35,677 nucleotides of DNA from a virus. Lineage: Duplodnaviria > Caudoviricetes. Position numbers and translations under genes: made by a program. The number at the start of each line of letters is the position of its first letter. Within the stretch, counting starts at the first letter, position 1. Location: IMG/VR virus record IMGVR_UViG_3300032218_000309, positions 1 through 35,677 of that record; one strand, 5' to 3'. Of this stretch, positions 20,401 to 27,867 are shown piece after piece. Below the pieces are notes generated by a model, which was not told where the DNA came from, did no database searches, and saw only the letters and a program-made list of their open reading frames with translations.

Positions 20401-21463
20401 TAATATTTCTAATTTATTTGGATCTATGCCAGGCAAAGATGTTTTATCTGATGCATACAACATAACAACTACAGATTTTGTTCCTTCATCAACAAGGATT
20501 AATTATACATATAAATCAACCAAAGCTTCAGATTTAACTTATACTATTGAAACTTCTGTTTCACCTGGTAAATTTGGTTGCCCAACATACAATGATATAT
20601 CTTTAAATGATGGCCAAGGTGAAAGAATATTGGTAGCTAATTCCAATTCTTCATTCATATTATATGCTTCAATGACATCTAATGATAATACAGTATCTCC
20701 TATAATTTCTGAAGATGGATTATCTGTATATAATATTAAATGGCGTATTAATAACATGGGTCTATCTAATACTACTATCACTATACTTGATGGTGGTACA
20801 GGGTATAATGGTAATACAGAAAATTTATGTGCTGTATCTGTATCCACTCCAGATGAACCTTTAGGTGTCCAAGCTATTGTAACTGCAAATGTAGCTAATG
20901 GTGTAATTCAATCTATCGAATTTACAGAACCGGGTTCTGGTTATCTAAAAACACCAACAATTACAATTACTGATCCAACAACACGTGGCGGAAATTCAAA
21001 TGTTTCTATTATTGTTCATGGTGAAACTGATTCTAGTGGTGGTAACGGTGTTGCTAAATACTTCACTAAGAAGGTGGTATTAACACCAGGAAATGATTCT
21101 GGTGATTTAAGAGTTTATTATACCGCTTATCGTCCAAAAGGCACAAATATCTATGTCTACTATAAGATTTTAAATAGAAATGATAATCAAACTTTTGAAG
21201 ATTCAAATTGGCAACTAATGACAACTGCAACAGGTTCTACAAACTATTCAGCATCTACTGATAATTTAATAGAATATGAATGTGCTCCTGGATTAGATAC
21301 TTACGCTGATGATATGGTTTCTTACACAAGCACTAGTGGTGTAACATATACTTCATTCAGTCAATTTGCTATTAAAGTTGTTCTTTCTACAAACGATAAT
21401 ACTAATGTTCCATTCCTAACAGATTTACGTGCATTAGCATTACCACCAGGCACAGGTATCTAA
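14468..21463 (+). CDS. Large virion structural protein, VrlC/DUF4815-like
   Basis: N-terminal FNVDPYYDDFD..KNFHRILFKPG.AVQARELTQ.QTILQ.QI, plus PGADRY.I.L, KRWTM.DI...E.RV.NIEYYT.L..LE, RFKNGILVD.F, DPVAQTF and C-terminal F.QFAIKVV...P.L.DLRALAL. Typical of cyanophage-like T4 relatives after gp8. Confidence 0.88.
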   Translation: MALNFNVDPYYDDFDPAKNFHRILFKPGYAVQARELTQSQTILQDQISKFASHIFEKNTPVSGAKVTYNLKANYVKLNTTINGAAIDVTKFDGILVQNVTGDVIARVLAVAEESGGDPPTLVVSYLSGSQFKNFDIIYSVDNANLQCQAIVSKAIGQSSVASISEGVFYVINGFDQSLLTSSTYSIGNFVNVLPQTVIMEKYGITPSVRVGLNITETIYDYTNDVSLLDPADGSPNYQGPGADRYVITLNLETRPLTLGDDDGFIEVLRVENGNILKQIDGTVYSIIDDYFAKRTFDTNGDYIVRDFKLSTSANTYNNNYYDLKIGKGVAYVHGYRLENQSDFTITTQRSRTTKSVTNDPTLIQYGNYFYVNTANGIPNSSTLPTVDLHLVPSASISTIATSANAATYNSTKVGTAKLRGVDFDRFGGSTSQTAQYVYKTYLTDITNTTLTSNVRVGSTSANVALFDITGKFSTINDAYVGVTVTVDSGTSSGDVRKVTAYNPTTKTLTVDTPFTITLDTTSSVTLRFAIKDVEALMKINTSNYKILANANISVVSKDNGLASGNTVLAQASSNPELIYPIGYQYVANTSDTSYETTWIKEDIGFGATSATLSLDAAPLAFLSENPEDYIIVNQTTGAIGSIANLTSVTLSLDQKTATFAIAGSSDLSNITATVSTKVAVTGADNASYIQKRKNLFTSNIDNANTTGTKIVLSDATKANGNVYVSLVDAQAWIQANAITTLSTGQSLYVSDVKRIVKIIDTLEKNTPPTDTMLASGVNNVTSYYSLDNGQRDSYYGHASIKLLPGRPAPKGDLLVLFDYYQQSLDQGDGYFSVGSYLNSANPESYAQIPSYTAKNGKSYSLRDCLDFRPTVSNAQPNFVLNKHYVYSYLPVNGSIFTADYNYYLARKDKLILSKDRNFQIIEGTPSVTPLLPVEPDGSLVIANLFLDPYTAYVPSEAPRGSLPNLSLEKVKHKRWTMQDISNMEVRVNNIEYYTALNALEKNAYSLQVPDVNGLNRFKNGILVDDFSSFATADTVNLDFNSSINRREKKLTAAHDVTNFPLHSQQLINSYRQLSPTAANNLGFSVKTIGQTTIFTLPYTTANLASQPLASNTVNINPFAVRINQGVMTLNPPMDNWVDDTALPDLLIVDPSLQIFQAGNTVNILQTGDWKPVPGTTSTASSTNVNTTTTPTSAGGSTITTTATTTTQTYATLSQSTVLGAYDKLGTSYNQTNGYITDISILPYIRAQQLAFTAKGMLINTPVTAWFDGVSVDRYINGCDTIELKNVFGTFKAGDLIGDVYETVFYPLATIAFVYKYPNSSNVRLSIIGNQSSATIDITKIENSVYDSTGSRTGNTAFGTPVTTNNIISIHRTGFISGVGASITDAGPTPTAWKFYKVNQTRYGAFNQKYGIWSSANGSGLYLTNSTGTGAVFNFNVPATGTYYIKLGGEFAEGEVGSYNANVNNIPVTFVADGTNTKKGTVSLTKGTANISFTMRSTSSDSDSLFALAISSAAWGAADKDVGATTSGTVVFATDNLQSTAPITNVSTNTALPGGGIYYTKVRQIALAGVANTANDYYNNCTIKINSTNVIYDSVAKTYTLQPQTYNAKIVKYIGSNTTCILDSDVSISMGYNANLKSDLTSSYSIDGTANSHILAIGAGTVPKLSTDETGSLSAVFNIPPNTFKTGERLFKIDNRLVLTDPNSATSFSEATFTAAGLATKSQSIDFAASIDAAAGTFTRTSTLANQLINTSVSSNTSVVNVPPPPPPPAVDPVAQTFIIDKTNFPNGAFVNSIKLFFRTKPTTTNSPISLSIIGTENGYPNGKKLDHSIVTLTADQIKVSTTPHYLDPTTYTEFVFDSPVYIQSDVLYAFLLESPSLEYNLFLAAQNAIAIPSSVKNLPTDPTPTTVTKIGVAPYVGGLFESQNGITWSVDQSKALMFIIDRCRFDTSKNPKIPFVVPRNLPYRKLTKDEIRNYYDANNISNLFGSMPGKDVLSDAYNITTTDFVPSSTRINYTYKSTKASDLTYTIETSVSPGKFGCPTYNDISLNDGQGERILVANSNSSFILYASMTSNDNTVSPIISEDGLSVYNIKWRINNMGLSNTTITILDGGTGYNGNTENLCAVSVSTPDEPLGVQAIVTANVANGVIQSIEFTEPGSGYLKTPTITITDPTTRGGNSNVSIIVHGETDSSGGNGVAKYFTKKVVLTPGNDSGDLRVYYTAYRPKGTNIYVYYKILNRNDNQTFEDSNWQLMTTATGSTNYSASTDNLIEYECAPGLDTYADDMVSYTSTSGVTYTSFSQFAIKVVLSTNDNTNVPFLTDLRALALPPGTGI

Positions 21464-21464
21464 T

Positions 21465-21686
21465 ATGGGACAATTAGTCAAAGTAACAGATACCACTTTT
21501 GTTAGAGACATTGAGAGTAGAGCTCTTATTAATCAAGACTATGCTGGAAGAGATGAATATTATGCTAAAGTTAAAATGTTAAGCAACCAAAAAACTGAAA
21601 TAAATAAAGTAAATGCTGAGATTAATCAGATCAAATCTGAAATGTCTGACATTAAAGATTTATTAAAACAATTACTACTAAAGTAG
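21465..21686 (+). CDS. Small conserved hypothetical protein with C-terminal coiled coil
   Basis: KV....FVRD..SRALIN...EI..IK.E...IK.LL..L pattern, usually found after VrlC-like genes. Tightly packed between neighbours. Confidence 0.7.
   Translation: MGQLVKVTDTTFVRDIESRALINQDYAGRDEYYAKVKMLSNQKTEINKVNAEINQIKSEMSDIKDLLKQLLLK
21599..21606 (+). promoter_or_regulatory. Possible late promoter AATAAATA
   Basis: ATAAATA core 87 nt upstream of the long fibre ATG; could be chance in AT-rich DNA. Confidence 0.35.
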
Positions 21687-21693
21687 GACGCAC

Positions 21694-24600
21694 ATGGCAA
21701 TCATAGAAAATTTAAGTTTAGCGAACACCTTTGGACAATGGGTCAACAAGACTAATGATATTGTTGATACTATTAACACATTATATGAAAATGATTTCAC
21801 TAAACCAACAGGTACATTATATCTCAATGAACCAACTACTTCTTTAGTTGTTGCTAACAATTCATTATTTAATGGCCTAGTTGAAATTGGTGCAGCTGGT
21901 AGTATTGTTGCTCACGGTATTTCTGAAATACAACAAACTCTATACCTCACTAATATTAATCCTGCTGGTGATAATAAAGTTCTTGTTGCTAATGGTATTG
22001 TTAGTTTAACTGGTGCCAATCATGCACTTCAAGTTTCTAATAATGCTACTATTAATGGTACATTAAATGTTGACTACATATATGCCAATACAATCACTGT
22101 TACAACCCTTAATAACTCATATTTAAATGCAGCTTTTTCTCAAGCAAACTCAGCTGCTTCATTTGCCAATGGTTCTTTTTCTAGAGCAAATAGTGCTTTC
22201 AATATTGCCAACTTAGCTTACTCACAAGCCAATAATGCTTTCAATGTTGCTAATGCATCGTTTTCACAAGCAAATAATGCCTTTAATATAGCTAATGTCT
22301 CTTATATTCAGGCTAATAACGGATCATCATTCGCCAATGGTGCTTTTACTAAAGCTAACACAACAAACGATTTAGCATATATTGTATATGCTTTTGCTAA
22401 TACTGGATACACTCAAGCAAACAATGCAGCTTCATTCGCCAATGGTGCTTTTACTAAAGCTAATACTACAAATGACCTAAGTTATATCGTTTATGGGTTT
22501 GCCAACACCGGTTATACTCAAGCTAATAATGCAGCCTCTTTCGCTAATGGTGCTTTCACTAAAGCAAACACCGCACTATCAACTGCTTGGAATGCAAATT
22601 TAGCATTTAATCATGCCAATTCTGTCTATAACTTTGCTAATACTGGATACACTCAAGCAAACAATGCAGCTTCATTCGCCAATGGTGCTTTTACTAAAGC
22701 TAATACTACAAATGACCTAGCATATATCATTTATTCTTATGCCAATACTGCTTATACGAAAGCAAACAATGCAGCTTCATTCGCCAATGGTGCTTTTACA
22801 ACTGCTAATGCTGCTTTACCTAAAGTTGGTGGCACATTAACTGGTGATATTACTGGCGCAAATGCTTCATTCCAAAATATTTCAGCTTCAGGTAATTTTA
22901 CTATTAATGGTTCAACTGTATATAATACAGATACTTTTACTTTAAATGCCGCTTCAGTCTCTAATCAAAACGGAACATTTTCAAATTATAGACCATCTGG
23001 AGCATCTAATGCAGCTATTCGTTGGACTGAATCTATACTATCTTGGGGTATTAGAGATGTAAATAATACTGATAGTTCTACTGCTTATGCTAACGTTGTT
23101 ACTTCTAATTTAACATCGTCTACAACACGTGCTGGTATTATTCAATTAACAGATTCTACATCTTCAACAAGCACAACAACAGCCGCTACACCAAATGCAG
23201 TTAAGACAACATATGATCTTGCTATTTCAGGTTATGCTTTTGCTAATACCGGATATACTCAAGCAAACAATGCAGCCTCTTTTGCTAACGGCGCCTTCAC
23301 TAAAGCTAATAGTGCAGGTTCTTTTGCTAATGGTGCCTTTACTGCCGCTAACTCAGCAGCTTCATTTGCTAACTCAGCTTACGCATTTGCAAATACATTA
23401 GCATCAACATCTGGTTCTTTTGATCGTGCCAACTCAGCATATAATCATGCTAACTCAGCCTATGGTCAAGCTAACTCAGCAGCTTCATTTGCTAACGGCG
23501 CCTTCATTGCTGCTAATACAAAATTTAATGCTGCTGGTGGTACTATTTCTGGTGATGTATCTGTAACGGGTAATTTAACTGTCAATGGCACAACAACTTA
23601 TATTTACAGTAAAACAGTTGATATTAATGATTCATTAATTCATTTAGCAAACAACAATACTTCAGGTGACAGTCTTGATATTGGTTTCTATGGAACATAC
23701 AATACTGGTGGTTTCAATAGATATTCGGGTTTGTTCAGAAAAGCTGCTGACAAATATTATCTTGTTCAAGGTCTCACAAATGACCCATCACAAAATACTG
23801 TAACATTTACATCTTTAAATAGATCAACACTTGATACTAATATAACAGGTGGTACAGTTTCAGGTCTTTCAGCTGCAATACCAGTTGCTGATGGTGGTTC
23901 AGGAACAACAACATCAACTGGTACAGGTTCACTTGTTTTACATAGTGGGCCAGAACTTGTCTCACCAAACATGTCAGGTATGCCAATGGCACCAACAGCG
24001 GCCGCTGGTAATAATAGCACAATGGTGGCAACAACTGCATTTGTTCAGACAGCAATCGTTTCATCTTCTTCATTTGCCAATGGTGCCTTTGTTACTGCTA
24101 ATAGTGCAGCCTCATTTGCTAATGGTGCCTTTACACAAGCTAACACAGCTCAAGCAACGGCAACTTCTGGTGCTTCATTTGCTAATGGTGCCTTTACACA
24201 AGCTAACACAGCTCAAGCAACGGCAACTTCTGGTGCTTCATTTGCTAATGGTGCCTTTACTAGAGCTAATTCTTCTTATAATTATGCAAATTCAGCAATA
24301 TTCAGTGTTACTGCTGGTACTGGTCTATCATCAAATATAGCAAGTGGTACAGGTAATGTTCTATTAAGTCTTGCAACATCTGGTGTATCATCTGGTACTT
24401 ACGGTGGAACAACACAAATTCCTGTATTGACTATTGATACATATGGTCGTGCTAGTTATGCATCTAATGTATCAATTACTGCTGGCGCTACTTTATCTGA
24501 TGATACAACAACTGATGCTACAAGATATCCAGTTTATGCAGATTCTATCACGGGTAGTTATTTAACTGCTTATACGTCATCAAGTAAATATACTTATAAT

Positions 24601-24921
24601 CCATCAACCGGTACATTATCTTCAACAATTATGACCGCAACGTCTGATAAAAATGTTAAAGATAATATTAAAGTCTTATCAGATGCATTAAATACATTAA
24701 AACAAATTGAAGGTGTATCGTTCAATTGGAAAGATAATGGATTGAAATCATATGGTGTGATTGCTCAAGATATTGAAAATGTATTGCCTGATGTGGTACA
24801 AACGGATCCTAATGGATTAAAATCGGTAAATTACCAAGCATTGACGGCTTTCTTAATTGAATCAATCAAAGAATTGAAAACAGAGATTGACACATTGAAG
24901 GAATTGTTGTATAATAAGTAG
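21694..24921 (+). CDS. Long tail fibre with C-terminal intramolecular chaperone (peptidase S74)
   Basis: N-terminal NTF.QW..KTN, Ala-Asn heptad blocks and fibre repeats GIIQLTDSTSSTSTTTAATPNAVK and PTAAAGNNSTMVATTAFV. C-terminal SDKNVKDNI...GVSFNWK...YGVIAQDIE.VLP.VV...KSVNY.AL..FLIESIKEL starts at nt 24643. Confidence 0.88.
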   Translation: MAIIENLSLANTFGQWVNKTNDIVDTINTLYENDFTKPTGTLYLNEPTTSLVVANNSLFNGLVEIGAAGSIVAHGISEIQQTLYLTNINPAGDNKVLVANGIVSLTGANHALQVSNNATINGTLNVDYIYANTITVTTLNNSYLNAAFSQANSAASFANGSFSRANSAFNIANLAYSQANNAFNVANASFSQANNAFNIANVSYIQANNGSSFANGAFTKANTTNDLAYIVYAFANTGYTQANNAASFANGAFTKANTTNDLSYIVYGFANTGYTQANNAASFANGAFTKANTALSTAWNANLAFNHANSVYNFANTGYTQANNAASFANGAFTKANTTNDLAYIIYSYANTAYTKANNAASFANGAFTTANAALPKVGGTLTGDITGANASFQNISASGNFTINGSTVYNTDTFTLNAASVSNQNGTFSNYRPSGASNAAIRWTESILSWGIRDVNNTDSSTAYANVVTSNLTSSTTRAGIIQLTDSTSSTSTTTAATPNAVKTTYDLAISGYAFANTGYTQANNAASFANGAFTKANSAGSFANGAFTAANSAASFANSAYAFANTLASTSGSFDRANSAYNHANSAYGQANSAASFANGAFIAANTKFNAAGGTISGDVSVTGNLTVNGTTTYIYSKTVDINDSLIHLANNNTSGDSLDIGFYGTYNTGGFNRYSGLFRKAADKYYLVQGLTNDPSQNTVTFTSLNRSTLDTNITGGTVSGLSAAIPVADGGSGTTTSTGTGSLVLHSGPELVSPNMSGMPMAPTAAAGNNSTMVATTAFVQTAIVSSSSFANGAFVTANSAASFANGAFTQANTAQATATSGASFANGAFTQANTAQATATSGASFANGAFTRANSSYNYANSAIFSVTAGTGLSSNIASGTGNVLLSLATSGVSSGTYGGTTQIPVLTIDTYGRASYASNVSITAGATLSDDTTTDATRYPVYADSITGSYLTAYTSSSKYTYNPSTGTLSSTIMTATSDKNVKDNIKVLSDALNTLKQIEGVSFNWKDNGLKSYGVIAQDIENVLPDVVQTDPNGLKSVNYQALTAFLIESIKELKTEIDTLKELLYNK
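22393..22719 (+). repeat. Exact 87-bp direct repeat (22393-22479 = 22633-22719)
   Basis: tttgctaatactggatacactcaagcaaacaatgcagcttcattcgccaatggtgcttttactaaagctaatactacaaatgaccta occurs twice, offset 240 nt. Confidence 0.9.
24112..24260 (+). repeat. Perfect 63-bp tandem repeat (about 2.4 copies; SFANGAFTQANTAQATATSGA)
   Basis: Units start at 24112, 24175 and 24238. Confidence 0.92.
24887..24915 (+). promoter_or_regulatory. Consensus sigma70 promoter TTGACA-N17-TATAAT
   Basis: TTGACA 24887-24892, 17-nt spacer, TATAAT 24910-24915. It lies in the last codons of the fibre gene, upstream of the glycosyltransferase cassette. Confidence 0.8.
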
Positions 24922-24928
24922 ATAAATA
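24921..24928 (+). promoter_or_regulatory. T4-type late promoter GATAAATA for the glycosyltransferase cassette
   Basis: ATAAATA core immediately after the fibre stop codon, 29 nt before the ATG, followed by a GAGAGG SD. Confidence 0.55.
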
Positions 24929-24957
24929 AATTATATTATTTGAGAGGTTTCTAATCA

Positions 24958-26562
24958 ATGTCTAAAGTGAAGTTCCATACGGTTGACCAACCTAATTCAG
25001 ACACGACCACCTTTGTCCTATCATGTAATCGTCTTGACGTTCTAGCCAAGACTCTTCAATCTTTCTTTGATACACAAGACTATATTACCAAAATGGTAAT
25101 TGTAGATGATTCTGCTGAGCCTGGTGTATTTGAAAAACTTGTAGAAGAATATGGTGATTACTGTGATGTTATATGTTTCCCACGTAATCGTTCACAATGG
25201 TGGGCCATGGATTTTATGGTATCTTATTGTGATTCAGAATATATTTTCTATCTTGAAGATGATTGGGAACTTCGCCAGCCAGGTTATCTAAACAAATCAA
25301 AATCTATTCTACAAAAATACAGAGAAGTCGGTGTCGTTGATATCTCATGGAGAACTTTTGAATTCCAAGGTATTGATTCATATGAAAAGAAACTTATCGA
25401 TGGTGAATTCTTTTGGAAGAAACCATGGAAGATTACTGACAATCATGTAGCTTGGCACGCATGGTGTGGTTCTCCTAATCTCAGACGTAGAGATGACCTT
25501 ATTATGTTAGGTCGTGTAGAGAAGTGGCACAACGAATGGAACATTGATCGTAAGTTTACAGCATTAGGTTTCAAAGGTGTGTATCTCAATGGTGAGTATG
25601 CAAGACATCTCGGAGATCATTGTTCTAAGATGGCAGGTCAAAGACCAGATGACTCTAAAACTCCATATGATTTTCTACCAGAAGAACTCAAACAAAATCG
25701 TAGAGCACCTTATATTAACTATAGAGAGATGGACTGGATCTATGAATATCCTGCCGACGTAACTCTAGTTACTATGGCTGTTGATATCTCTAGAGGTGAT
25801 CGTGACTTTGAAGAACATTACATTAGAGGTCTTGATCAACTTCTTTCTGTTCGTAATCCTTTAGTTGTCTATGCTGATCCAAAATATCATGATTACATTA
25901 GAAATAAACGTAAAGAATTAAGTATTGCTACATCTAACAATCGTGTAGAGTGTAGATCATTAACATTAAGAGATTTAGAAACGAGAATACCTTTTAATGA
26001 TATACAAAAAGTTATAACAGACGCCGATTGGATTAATCAATCAGATTGGATTAAGAATTCACCTCTTGTTAATCCTTATTATATACCACTCACTCTAATC
26101 AAGAATACAATACTTGAAGATGTTGCTGTTCAAAATCCATTGGGTTCAAAACGATTCTATTGGATTGATTCGGGTTTCTATAATAGCTTTGGTGTCACTG
26201 ATCCAATCACAACCTTCGACTTTCTAAAAATTACTAAAGATAATTTCTTACTCACATCTTATCCATATTCAACGAATTCAGAAATTCATGGACTTGATAT
26301 TAAGTTTATGCAAGACACTATTGGTAAGAAACCAGAATATGTGTGTCGTGCCACAATTTTTGGTGGGACTAAGGATCAAATTCAAAAATTCAATGATAAA
26401 TATTTTCAGTTAATGAGAAAGTCATTAGATGCTGGCCATATTGGAACAGAGGAAGCTTTGTTTACTATGGTTGAAATGATGTATCCAGATTTAGTCAAAC
26501 GATATGTAATGCCTAATGGTGATATTAAAAATTATTTAATTAGTTTGAAAAAAGGTTTGTAA
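24958..26562 (+). CDS. Two-domain glycosyltransferase: GT2-like (GT-A) plus WlaTC/HtrL-like
   Basis: N-terminal FVLSCNR...L.KTLQSF...IVDDS...YIFYLEDDW. C-terminal part from about nt 25750 has VTLVT...DISR...PLVVY...K...L..VA.QNP.GS.RFYWIDSG...IFGG...GTEEALF. Confidence 0.8.
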   Translation: MSKVKFHTVDQPNSDTTTFVLSCNRLDVLAKTLQSFFDTQDYITKMVIVDDSAEPGVFEKLVEEYGDYCDVICFPRNRSQWWAMDFMVSYCDSEYIFYLEDDWELRQPGYLNKSKSILQKYREVGVVDISWRTFEFQGIDSYEKKLIDGEFFWKKPWKITDNHVAWHAWCGSPNLRRRDDLIMLGRVEKWHNEWNIDRKFTALGFKGVYLNGEYARHLGDHCSKMAGQRPDDSKTPYDFLPEELKQNRRAPYINYREMDWIYEYPADVTLVTMAVDISRGDRDFEEHYIRGLDQLLSVRNPLVVYADPKYHDYIRNKRKELSIATSNNRVECRSLTLRDLETRIPFNDIQKVITDADWINQSDWIKNSPLVNPYYIPLTLIKNTILEDVAVQNPLGSKRFYWIDSGFYNSFGVTDPITTFDFLKITKDNFLLTSYPYSTNSEIHGLDIKFMQDTIGKKPEYVCRATIFGGTKDQIQKFNDKYFQLMRKSLDAGHIGTEEALFTMVEMMYPDLVKRYVMPNGDIKNYLISLKKGL

Positions 26563-27296
26563 TGTCTTCTTTGAGTTTTGTTCTATTTGGTTCTAATCAA
26601 TTACAATCGGCTGATTTTGTTTTAGAGAATATTCGTAAACATTATCCTGATAATTATATTGCTTTACTTTCTGATTGTGGTGCCGATTATACCAATCTAT
26701 CTAAGAAATACAATACAGAATACTTTTACTCTAAAAAGAAACTTAGTTATCCTGTTCAACCATTTGGTTGGAGAAAAGATAAAGTAATCGATTTTTTAGA
26801 ACGACTATATATAGCATGTCTGAGATGTAACACTACTCATATCATGTATGTTGAAGAAGATGTGATTGTATTTAAAAAATTAGTAATACCAGATGATGCT
26901 GAAGTTATTGGATTTAAAACATGTTATCCTGATGGTTCTAAATTCCCTAACGGATTCCCCGATGAGTTCATAAGAATTACCGAACAGTTTTCTGGTGTCA
27001 AACCAAATGTTATTGGCTACGGCGCACAAGGTGGTGCAGTCTTAAAAGTTGATACATTCATAAACAACTTCTATAGAATTAAACAATTCTTATTAGATAA
27101 TATGGATCATATTCAAGACAACGTTTATCCAACAGCAGGCTGGATAGATTGTTTTCTAACTTGGTATTATCTATTATGTGGTAAAAAATATGTATTCAAT
27201 CCGAATTACATTGAAGTAAATGACCGTTTCGATTATAACAACCCACCAGCTCACGCTGAATTAGCAACACACTACCAAGGAAAATATGTAAAATGA
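26562..27296 (+). CDS. Putative GT-A fold glycosyltransferase
   Basis: NIRKHYPD.YI.LLSD.G.DY, HIMYVEEDV (DxD-like), GAQGGA and a C-terminal His. TAATG-coupled to the upstream GT. Confidence 0.55.
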   Translation: MSSLSFVLFGSNQLQSADFVLENIRKHYPDNYIALLSDCGADYTNLSKKYNTEYFYSKKKLSYPVQPFGWRKDKVIDFLERLYIACLRCNTTHIMYVEEDVIVFKKLVIPDDAEVIGFKTCYPDGSKFPNGFPDEFIRITEQFSGVKPNVIGYGAQGGAVLKVDTFINNFYRIKQFLLDNMDHIQDNVYPTAGWIDCFLTWYYLLCGKKYVFNPNYIEVNDRFDYNNPPAHAELATHYQGKYVK

Positions 27297-27853
27297 CCAA
27301 TTTTATTGAAAAGATTAAAAATAGAAATATCGAATTAAAAATTAGACCAGAGTTCTTAGATCATTTACGCATATCAGAACATAAAGGTTGGTGGGTAAAC
27401 ACTAAAGGTGATCATTATGCATTACTATGTTGGATCTCAGAACAATTTAATAACACTACGATCTATGATGTAGGTACTTTCAGAGGTATGTCAGCACTAG
27501 CACTAGCAGCTAACCCTACAAATAAAGTTGTAACCTATGATATACATCCATGGCCTGATGATCGTATTCTTAATCCACCATCTAATATTGAATTCATTGT
27601 CGGTAATTTTTTTGAAGATAAAAACATTTTAAAATCTCCACTCATTATGTTTGATGTTGATCCACATGATGGTATCATTGAAAGAGAATTTCTAAACTGG
27701 CTAGACGCAAATGATTACAAAGGCATTGTGTTCTTCGATGACATACATTTAAACCCAGCAATGCAAGCCATTTGGGATTCTATTAATAAAGAGAAGTATG
27801 ACTTGACAGATTTAGGCCACTATTCTGGTTCAGGTATTGCAATTTATAATTAA
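27293..27853 (+). CDS. Class I SAM-dependent methyltransferase (Methyltransf_24-like; probable sugar O-methyltransferase)
   Basis: [15 protein letters not shown] (motif I), [17 protein letters not shown] and [12 protein letters not shown] overlap with the upstream gene. Confidence 0.8.
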   Translation: MTNFIEKIKNRNIELKIRPEFLDHLRISEHKGWWVNTKGDHYALLCWISEQFNNTTIYDVGTFRGMSALALAANPTNKVVTYDIHPWPDDRILNPPSNIEFIVGNFFEDKNILKSPLIMFDVDPHDGIIEREFLNWLDANDYKGIVFFDDIHLNPAMQAIWDSINKEKYDLTDLGHYSGSGIAIYN

Positions 27854-27867
27854 TTCAGGAGTATATA

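Noticed and set aside
12419-22229. Diversity-generating retroelement TR/VR pair
   Set aside because: There is only one mismatch, both copies are mid-gene stalk sequence rather than a C-terminal variable region, and no reverse transcriptase is in the window.
24112-24260. CRISPR-like array
   Set aside because: In-frame coding tandem repeat with no unique spacers.
11934-24340. Overlapping small ORFs in the fibre and VrlC genes (11934, 17836, 18793, 19420, 19702, 20539, 23195, 23766, 23837, 23849)
   Set aside because: They lie wholly within long conserved CDSs and are explained by codon bias and repeats.
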